A stretch of 64,000 bases of DNA, taken from Dehalococcoidia bacterium (GTDB lineage Bacteria; Chloroflexota; Dehalococcoidia; Lucifugimonadales; SHYT01). The notes under the pieces are model-generated. The model was not told the origin of the DNA, made no database searches, and was given only the letters and a program-made list of their open reading frames with translations. The DNA lies in NCBI GenBank assembly GCA_009693045.1, contig SHXZ01000003.1, forward strand, positions 128,958 to 192,957. The letters run 5' to 3'. Below are positions 56,859-64,000 of this stretch, one piece after another. The position numbers were made by a program, and so were the translations under genes. Numbering within the stretch: the first letter of the stretch is position 1; the number at the start of each line of letters is the position of its first letter.

Positions 56859-58463
56859 CTAGGGTATCACACTCGCTGTGGCGCGCCGCGCTTCACGCCG
56901 CTTGGCCTGCAATCGCTCCTCCAGCACCAGCACGGCCCTGGCCGAGCGTTCGGTGGCGGTCACGTCGTCGCCCGGCTCGCCGCGAATGATCCGCTGGGCA
57001 ATGGCGCGGTACATGGCCGCGTAGGGCGCGGTCTTGCTCGCCCGCATGCGGCGGATGATCCGCCGGTTGTCCTCGGCCACGTAGCGGGAGCTGTTCTGGA
57101 TGCGGACCGTCACGCCCTTCGCCATCAGCTCAATGTGCTCCTGCACGCCGATGCGCGAGCTGCCCTGGTGCGTCAGCGTGAGGCTGAAGGTCGCCCCGTT
57201 CTCCAGCTCCATCGTTGCGAAGATGTCCTCGTTGTCCGCCTCCCACACGTCGGAGGACTTCACCGGCGAAAAGCGGTTGAGGAAGAGGAAGTGGTCAATC
57301 CAGTGGCAGCCGTGGGAGAGGAGGCCGCTGCCGGAATTGGGCCAGCGGTACCAGTTGAACGGTGGAATCGGCACTTCGTGGACGATGGCGTGATACGAGA
57401 CCGGCCCTCCGGCGGTCACTCCCAGATCGCGCAACGCCACCGCGTTGAACGGGAGGTAGCGTTTATGAAAGCCGCCGAACAACCTCCCACGTCCGTCCGC
57501 CAGGGCCTTTAGCACGTCGTCAAGCTGCTGGGACGTGGTGACGAGGGGTTTTTCCACCACCACCGCCGCGCCCTGGCTAAGCGCGTGGACGGCCAGCGGG
57601 CCGTGGGTGTGGTGGAACCCGGCAACCAGGTGCACGTCGTATCGTTCGTCCGGCCTGGGTGTCGGCGACGTGTCGGCGGAAAACGGGAAGCGTTGAACGT
57701 CGCCTACTTGAAGGGGGTCCACTTCGTGCACTCTGGCGATGTAGAAATGTTTCCCCATGTTGGGGATCACCATCGTCTTCATCTGGTGGCCGTAGCCCCA
57801 CGTCACCGCGCGCAGGGCCGATCCGGAGCGAGCTGGTTTGTCGTGCACTTCTCCCACACCGGAAGGCGGGGCTGTGTGATACGTGACGCATTCCCGGGTC
57901 CCGCGTTCCGCCAAGAGGCGCTCGGCCTCCGCCAGGGCATGCTTCAGCGCACCCACGTCCAGCGGAAGCCCCGACAATTCGCTCCAGCCGGCAAACCGCA
58001 TGAAGACGGCGACCGACTCCTCGGCAACTGCCCCCTCGGAAAACAGCAGGCCTTCTTGGGAAAGGCTCTTCAAGGAGTCGGCTTGGGTCATGGGCCGCAC
58101 GAACTCCTGTGGCAGGACCACTCGTTCCAGGCAGCGGGGATGGCCCGGCGCCAGAAAAACGACGAGCTGGCCCTGGCGGAGCGGCGCGTCGGCGTACCGC
58201 TCCAGAACCTCGCCCACGCCGATTGCCACGTACTTGTGATTGCGCTGCCGCTCGCGGTACCGGGAGAGGGCCTTGCGCGCCAGCGAGATGAAGCCTATCT
58301 CCCGCAGGTAGTTGAGCGCTCGCCGCCAGTCCGCCGCCACGGGGAAGAACATGCCCGTTATCGGCGCGACGACGTGCCACCGGCGCACCGCGACCCGGTA
58401 CTGGCCGGGTCCGCGGGCGTAGTCAAGGTAGCCGTCCGCCCATTTGTCCGTTAGAACACGCAT
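56859..58463 (-). CDS. Gfo/Idh/MocA-family oxidoreductase (two-domain)
   Basis: WGYG, HHTH, VVVEKP, GFHKRY, HGCHWID. Confidence 0.8.
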   Translation of the reverse strand: MRVLTDKWADGYLDYARGPGQYRVAVRRWHVVAPITGMFFPVAADWRRALNYLREIGFISLARKALSRYRERQRNHKYVAIGVGEVLERYADAPLRQGQLVVFLAPGHPRCLERVVLPQEFVRPMTQADSLKSLSQEGLLFSEGAVAEESVAVFMRFAGWSELSGLPLDVGALKHALAEAERLLAERGTRECVTYHTAPPSGVGEVHDKPARSGSALRAVTWGYGHQMKTMVIPNMGKHFYIARVHEVDPLQVGDVQRFPFSADTSPTPRPDERYDVHLVAGFHHTHGPLAVHALSQGAAVVVEKPLVTTSQQLDDVLKALADGRGRLFGGFHKRYLPFNAVALRDLGVTAGGPVSYHAIVHEVPIPPFNWYRWPNSGSGLLSHGCHWIDHFLFLNRFSPVKSSDVWEADNEDIFATMELENGATFSLTLTHQGSSRIGVQEHIELMAKGVTVRIQNSSRYVAEDNRRIIRRMRASKTAPYAAMYRAIAQRIIRGEPGDDVTATERSARAVLVLEERLQAKRREARRATASVIP

Positions 58464-58760
58464 ACACCCTCAACGCCAGGAGTAGAGGGCACCATGTGCC
58501 CAGGCTGGATAGCTGGCTACGGCTTTGGATCGCCGCAACACCCTCATCAGAATGGTTGGGCGATTTTCACGTCATTTCACTGTACGACCAACTTTGCAGT
58601 GCACCAATACCGGCTAAGCCCTATACCGTGACGCGGCTCATCGCTATACTGAATCCACTATTCATGAGGTCGCATCGGGACTTCCTTTGACGTTTTTGCG
58701 TCATTTCCCCTCTCCAGGATACCAAGAACTCCCGCGTACTCTTGCGTCAGGTTAGTATAG

Positions 58761-59234
58761 ATGAATGATGGGTTGTTTACCGTTGGCGAGCTTGTGGAGC
58801 GCCAGGTGTACTGGCGGTCTCCCCTGCTCGTCCGGCTGCTGAGCAAGATCAGGCGAGCGCGGCGCGGGCGGCAGGTGGCCCCGACTTCACCCAAAGCGTT
58901 GGAAGAGGGGCTTCAGGCCATTGTGCCCTCGGGTCATCGGCTCCTCATGGTCCATTCCGCTGTCAGTGGCATCGCGCTCTCCACGGAGCAGGACTCGTCT
59001 CAACGGCTCAACTCCCTCAACACGGCCGAGGCCGTCCTCAACATGCTGACGAGGCTGGCAGGTCCTCGTGGCACGCTGGTGATGCCCACCCACCCGGCGT
59101 ACGAGGGTGACCCGGGCTTCATGCACGACAAGTCCCGGCTTGTGCTGACGTATGACCCGGCGCGGAGTCCTTCAACGGTTGGCCTGATCACTGAGGTCTT
59201 TCGCCGCTGTCCCGGCACCCTACGCAGCCTCCAC
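58761..59234 (+). pseudogene. AAC(3)-family N-acetyltransferase, N-terminal fragment
   Basis: LMVHSA, GTLVMPT, YDP..SPS.VGLITEVFR..PG..RSLH, then homology stops. Confidence 0.7.
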
Positions 59235-59846
59235 CGACTCTGGAAAGTCCTTTGCGCCGTGCCTCACTTTTCCTGCCGGCTCCATCAGGCATGTCCACGG
59301 CGTGACTTACGACCCGTACCTGGAGCGGTTCTGGGTGATGGTAGGCGATTACGACGGCGAGCCGAGGATAGGCGTGCTGGACCAGGACCTCCAGCGGGTG
59401 ACGTGGGTTGTGAAAGGGATGCAGGCCGCGCGCACGGCACAGGTGATCGTTGAGCCGGACTCCCTGCTGTATGGCACCAATTCCGATGTTGAGCGCAACG
59501 CCATCGTCCGGCTGGACAAGCGCACCGGCGCCCTGACGAGGCTGCGCGACGTGGAGGGCAGCTCGCTCTTTGCGACGTCGTTCGGCTCATCTCCACCTGC
59601 GTGGAAAAGAGCAAGGTGAACCCAGTCCGCACGGCCGTCCTGTACGCCAGCCGCGACGGCGCTGACTGGGCCACCGTCGTCCGCGCCCGGAAGGACGTCT
59701 ACCCGTTCCTGTTCCAGTTCGGCACCTTTGTGCTCCCAAAGGCGCTGCACGACGCGCCACGCGGCATCATCAGCGGGCAGGCGCTTACTAGGCACGACGA
59801 CCGGATATCGCTGCTGACCTTTGGGGCGGCTCAGGCGGAGGGGTGA
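59233..59846 (+). pseudogene. C-terminal fragment of a beta-propeller/Asp-box-like protein, frameshifted
   Basis: TDSGKSF...IRHVHGVTYDPY..RFWVMVGD; frame change near 59590; LYASRDGADW. Confidence 0.6.
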
Positions 59847-60047
59847 TACCAAATCCACGTGAATGTGGCATGAATACGGGCATGCACTTCGGCGCCATTC
59901 TGAGCGCAGCGAGGAATCTCCCCAGATACCTGGGCTGGCAACGGTGCGTGCAGAGATTCCCCAGTCGCTTCGCTCCCTCGGAATGGCGTCGATGAGCTTG
60001 GGCTAACGAGCAACTGTGTGACTCCTCTTGGTGTTGGAGCCAGGGGA

Positions 60048-61241
60048 TCAGCGCCGCTTTGCCATCGCCCGCCGAAAGCTCTCTCCCATCTTGTCCACGT
60101 GCGCTTTGACGGTGAACTCGCGCTGGAACCGGGCGTAAGCGCGCTCGGATAGCGATGCGAAGCGCTCCGGGGTGGTGACCGCCTTCGCGAGGGCTTCCAT
60201 AAGCAGGTCAGGCCGCTGTGGAGGCACGAGGTACCCCTCCACGCCGTCGGCGACCAAGTCCGGTATCCCCGACCAGTCCGTTGACACGACGGGCATGGCG
60301 TAGGACAGCGCCTCGCGGATGCTTCTGGGCGTGCCCTCAAAGCGATAGTACGTGGGCAGCACAAAGAGATGGCAATCGCGCAGCAGGCGGTCCTTTGCCT
60401 CGCCCGTCACAAGGCCGTGATGGACCGTTACCGGCTCAAGCCCAAGGCTCCGGACTCTGCGCCAGAAGTCTTCCCGCGCGGCGTCTTTGCTCGGGAAGAA
60501 CCGGGGGTCCACCAGGAACTCGCCGGTGAAATCCAGTCGTATGTTGAGGGACGGATGACGCTCCCGCAAGAGCTTAGCCGCTTCCATCAAATCGGCGTAC
60601 CCCTTGTCAAACATCAGCTGAGAGAGGAAGAGCAGCCGGAGGGGGCCATCACGGGGCAGGCTCTTGGGTGCTATGCCCAACTTCTCCTCGGTGCCGTCCG
60701 GGACGACCTCCAGACGCGAGGGGGCTCCCGGGATGGCCTTGAGCGTCTCGCCTATCCGCGGACTCAGTGCTTGCAGCGTCGTCAAGCGCGCGATGGTGTG
60801 GCGCATCGCCAGCCGGAACCAACGCGGGCTGTCCAGGTACAGCAGGTGGAACGCGCCTCCGTCCATCCGCGCCACGATGGGTTTCCGCCAGAACCACGCC
60901 CACCAGACCAGCACCGCATCTCTGAGGAACGCGATCCGCGAGCCGCCAATGGTCAGGTACAGCAGGTCAGCCCGTGGAATCCTGGCGAGTGATTGTAGCA
61001 CCGTCGCCACGGTCTTCTGCACCCTCCTGGCGGTGAACTGCCCAGGCTGCCAGTCGGGCACGCCGACGTTCACCACGTCCACACGCCACTGGCCGCCGGC
61101 CCTCAGTCCATCGGTCAGGAGCGCAAAGGAAATGGCCTGCCCGCCGTAGGGAGGGGGGAGCGGACCGTAGGCCAGGATACGGGGAGGCTTCCCCCGTTCC
61201 CTCGCGGGTGCAGCGGCAGGCTGGCGCCGGGTCTGCGTCAT
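60048..61241 (-). CDS. glycosyltransferase family 4
   Basis: PPPYGG, LFLSQL..KG, FVLPT..EGTP....EA, GIPDLV. Confidence 0.9.
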   Translation of the reverse strand: MTQTRRQPAAAPARERGKPPRILAYGPLPPPYGGQAISFALLTDGLRAGGQWRVDVVNVGVPDWQPGQFTARRVQKTVATVLQSLARIPRADLLYLTIGGSRIAFLRDAVLVWWAWFWRKPIVARMDGGAFHLLYLDSPRWFRLAMRHTIARLTTLQALSPRIGETLKAIPGAPSRLEVVPDGTEEKLGIAPKSLPRDGPLRLLFLSQLMFDKGYADLMEAAKLLRERHPSLNIRLDFTGEFLVDPRFFPSKDAAREDFWRRVRSLGLEPVTVHHGLVTGEAKDRLLRDCHLFVLPTYYRFEGTPRSIREALSYAMPVVSTDWSGIPDLVADGVEGYLVPPQRPDLLMEALAKAVTTPERFASLSERAYARFQREFTVKAHVDKMGESFRRAMAKRR

Positions 61242-61250
61242 GGCTCCTCG

Positions 61251-61823
61251 CTATCGCTTGCCAATGCTCGTCGCGGTCGCCTCAGCAGCGCGATGCACAG
61301 CGAGCCATCGCACTGCTTTGGGCAGGCTGCGGCAGACCACGTACGCGTAGGGATCCTTGGCATCGCCAGGTCTCAAGATTCGGACGCGCGTTCCGCAGCC
61401 CGCCGCGGCGCCCGCCTCCATGTCCGCCGGCGAGTCACCGATCATCACGGACTGGCCGAGCGCGAGGTCAAGCTCCGCCGCCGCCCGCAGCAGCAGGCCG
61501 GGCCTAGGCTTGCGGCAGGCGCAACCCGCCGATTCAAGGTGGGTGCAGGCGTACAGACCGTCCAAGTGAACCCCAAACGACGCCAGTCTGGCCGTCATCT
61601 CCTGGTGCACCTCGTCAAGGTCGTTAAGCGTCATTTCGCCCTTGCCCACGCCCTGCTGGTTGGTCACGACCACCAGCGCCAGGCCAATGTCCTGCAAGTT
61701 TCGCAGCGCGCCGCCCGCGCCCGGCAAGAGCCGTAGCTGCTTGGGCGACGTTATGTATTGGTGGAGCGGCGCGCTGCGGTTCAGTACCCCATCCCGGTCG
61801 AGAAACGCGGCTGGCCTAGGCAT
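61251..61823 (-). CDS. gmhB: heptose bisphosphate phosphatase (HAD-IIIA)
   Basis: FLDRDGVLN, VVTNQ, CxH..CxCRKP, MIGD. Confidence 0.88.
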   Translation of the reverse strand: MPRPAAFLDRDGVLNRSAPLHQYITSPKQLRLLPGAGGALRNLQDIGLALVVVTNQQGVGKGEMTLNDLDEVHQEMTARLASFGVHLDGLYACTHLESAGCACRKPRPGLLLRAAAELDLALGQSVMIGDSPADMEAGAAAGCGTRVRILRPGDAKDPYAYVVCRSLPKAVRWLAVHRAAEATATSIGKR

Positions 61824-61897
61824 GGCGGTTCACCAATTCTGCGCGAGGGGGCTGTGGCTTCGGGCCAGGGCCTCTTGGCTGTGACATTTGCTCCAAC

Positions 61898-62500
61898 TCA
61901 CCCACCCGTGGGCGGGCGCGTCCCATGCTCATCCTGAATCCTCGCCCGCAGGAGCTGCGGCACCAGGTGAGCGAGCGTGAGGTGAACGTCCTCCACCGGC
62001 CCGTAGTGGCGTGACGTGAACATGATGCCACAGTCGGCCAGACCGTGGAGCTTGCCGCCGCCGAAGCCGGTCAGCGCGATGACCACGGCGCCCGCTTCCT
62101 TGGCCATCCTCGCCGCGTTGACCACGTTGGGGGAGTTGCCGGACCCGCTAATGAGGACCACGACGTCGCCGCGGTTGAGCATCCCCTTGAGCTGGGCGGT
62201 GAACACGGCCTCGTAGGATACGTCGTTGGCGACCGCGGTGAACCGCGAGATGTTGTCCGTGAGGCAGACGGCGCGCAGCCCGCCGGTCCCCTGCCCGTCC
62301 CAGCCCTCCTGGAGGTGCGTGGTCATGTGCGAGGCGGTGGAGGCGCTGCCGCCGTTGCCCATGACGTACGCCGACGCGCGGCGCGTGAACGCCTCGTAGA
62401 GCGTCTGGACGACGCGCGGGAGGTCCTGGCGTTCCAGCTCGTCGAGACACTGGCGGACTTCGCGGAGGTAGGCGTGTGAGTCGCGGGTCACTTCTGGCAT
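61898..62500 (-). CDS. gmhA: sedoheptulose-7-phosphate isomerase (SIS)
   Basis: GNGGSAS.ASH, TAVAND, ISGSGNSPNV, LTGFGGG, VED.H. Confidence 0.85.
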   Translation of the reverse strand: MPEVTRDSHAYLREVRQCLDELERQDLPRVVQTLYEAFTRRASAYVMGNGGSASTASHMTTHLQEGWDGQGTGGLRAVCLTDNISRFTAVANDVSYEAVFTAQLKGMLNRGDVVVLISGSGNSPNVVNAARMAKEAGAVVIALTGFGGGKLHGLADCGIMFTSRHYGPVEDVHLTLAHLVPQLLRARIQDEHGTRPPTGG

Positions 62501-62617
62501 GGGTTATTACTCCGTCGGACTGCAAACGTAGTGACTGATAGGCGCGATCGGTACGGATTCTTCCCCATTCGCTTCGCTCAGGGCTTCGGCTCACTGCGCT
62601 TAGAATGACAGAACGGG

Positions 62618-63607
62618 CTAGCCGCCCACGTAGATTACACGCGTGCCGTCCGGTTCAAAGGCGAACGGGGTGTGCACGAGCTGCGACAGGCCCGCCAGCA
62701 CGCGCTTTCGGTGCTCGGGCGGACAGTACAGCAACAGGAACCCCCTGCCGCCAGCCCCCAAGACTTTACCCCCTCGAGCGCCCAGCTTGCGAGCGGTCTC
62801 GTACCAGCCGTCAATGGTCTCGTCGCTGATGCCGTCCGCGAGGCGCTTCTTCATCTCCCAGCCTTCGTGCAGCAGGTCGCCGACGTCGTCCAGCCGTCCC
62901 CCGGCGAGCGCGTCCCGGCACTGAACGGCCAGGTCGTGCATGGCCCGCAGGGCAGGCCGGTTCTGCTCGGTGCGGTTCTGCTGGTCCCTGAGGACCGTGG
63001 AGGCGGCCTCGGTCCGGCCCATGTACATCAGCAGCAGGCGCTCCTGGAACGCCTCACGCAGGTCGGCGGGCATCAGCACGTACTCCACGGAAACGGCGTC
63101 GTTGGGGTGGAACCGGATGTGCCGCAGGTTCCCGTACGCGGCCAGGTACTGGTCCTGCTTGCCGATGGGCTCATCAAGGACGTCCAGCTCCAGGGTGCAT
63201 GCCTCTCGCGCCAGCTCCTCCGCAGACCGCAGCACGCCGCGGTAGGCGTACAGGGCGTTGAGCAGGCCGACGGTGAAGCTGCTGGACGACCCGAGTCCGG
63301 TCTGCGCGGGGATGTCGGCGATGGAGACGATTTCCACCTGCTCAGTGACGCCCGTGAGCTTCATGGCCTCCCGAACGATGGGGTGCTGGATTTCGTGAAC
63401 GGTGTTGACGATCTCGGTGCGCGAGTAGCTGACGCGGATGCTGCGGTCAAAGCGCTTGTTGACGATGATGTACATGTACTTGTTGATGGCCGTGGCCGTC
63501 ACCGCGCCCTCGTCCGCGCGGTAGAAGCCTGGCATGTCGGTGCCGCCTCCCGCAAAGCTCATGCGGAAAGGGGTGCGCGTGATGACCATGTGGCGCTGTT
63601 CAGTCAT
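62618..63607 (-). CDS. hddA: D-glycero-alpha-D-manno-heptose 7-phosphate kinase (GHMP)
   Basis: RTPFRMSFAGGGTD, GLGSSSS, IGKQDQY, GGKVLGAGG.GF. Confidence 0.85.
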   Translation of the reverse strand: MTEQRHMVITRTPFRMSFAGGGTDMPGFYRADEGAVTATAINKYMYIIVNKRFDRSIRVSYSRTEIVNTVHEIQHPIVREAMKLTGVTEQVEIVSIADIPAQTGLGSSSSFTVGLLNALYAYRGVLRSAEELAREACTLELDVLDEPIGKQDQYLAAYGNLRHIRFHPNDAVSVEYVLMPADLREAFQERLLLMYMGRTEAASTVLRDQQNRTEQNRPALRAMHDLAVQCRDALAGGRLDDVGDLLHEGWEMKKRLADGISDETIDGWYETARKLGARGGKVLGAGGRGFLLLYCPPEHRKRVLAGLSQLVHTPFAFEPDGTRVIYVGG

Positions 63608-63615
63608 GGTTCCGT

Positions 63616-64000
63616 TCAGACCCTGGCGCGGTTGGCCCAGCGCTCGGTTGCTTCAGTATATAAAGCCTCCATGCGGCTTGCCATCGTCTCCCAGCTGTAG
63701 CGCGCCACCGCCCGCTCCCTGGCCGCGTCGCCGAGGCGCCGCGCCAGCTGCCGGTCCGCCAACAGCCGCAGCACCGCCGAGGCGATCGCCTCCGGAGAGT
63801 CGGCAAGCAGAACGTGCTCACCGTCGTCCACGTCCATCCCCTCCACGCCAATGCTCGTGCTGACGATAGGACAGCCGGCGGCCATCGCCTCCAGCAAGCG
63901 GTTCTTGATACCCACGCCGATTCGCAGCGGGCAGACGTACACCGCCGCGCGCCACAGGTAGCCGCGGAGGTCGGGGACGGTGCCGGTCACGGTGGTGTTT
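63616..64000 (-). CDS. glycosyltransferase family 4 (partial; 5' end outside window)
   Basis: VTGTVPDLR, PLRIGVGIKNRLLEAMAAGCPIVST. Confidence 0.9.
   Translation of the reverse strand, partial: NTTVTGTVPDLRGYLWRAAVYVCPLRIGVGIKNRLLEAMAAGCPIVSTSIGVEGMDVDDGEHVLLADSPEAIASAVLRLLADRQLARRLGDAARERAVARYSWETMASRMEALYTEATERWANRARV

Overview
GC-rich bacterial chromosomal segment. The gene content suggests Chloroflexota, Dehalococcoidia/SAR202-like (inference, not a database result). A housekeeping backbone (uvrC, xerD, coaX, coaBC, valS, polX, secA, prs, purA, dapA, asd, dapB, pnp, rpsO) is interleaved with small accessory cassettes: six toxin-antitoxin-type modules (several broken), a two-component/GNAT-like/AdoMetDC islet, a truncated LRR-Roc gene, and at least six families of short palindromic repeats plus a two-copy MITE. 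The right end carries a lipid-kinase/LarA-like/dehydrogenase cluster and a glycosyltransferase/GDP-heptose (hddA-gmhA-gmhB) locus. Main observations: (1) three unrelated genes each have a second, mostly synonymously diverged copy of their own 3' end downstream, with cargo between the copies and no integrase in the cargo; (2) the largest cargo is a self-contained two-component module with an 11-bp-periodic operator upstream of a GNAT-like gene and an AdoMetDC-family gene; (3) valS carries three in-frame insertions built from extragenic palindromic repeats; (4) asd is fused in frame to a DUF5678-like module. I recognised no tRNA, rRNA or CRISPR array.
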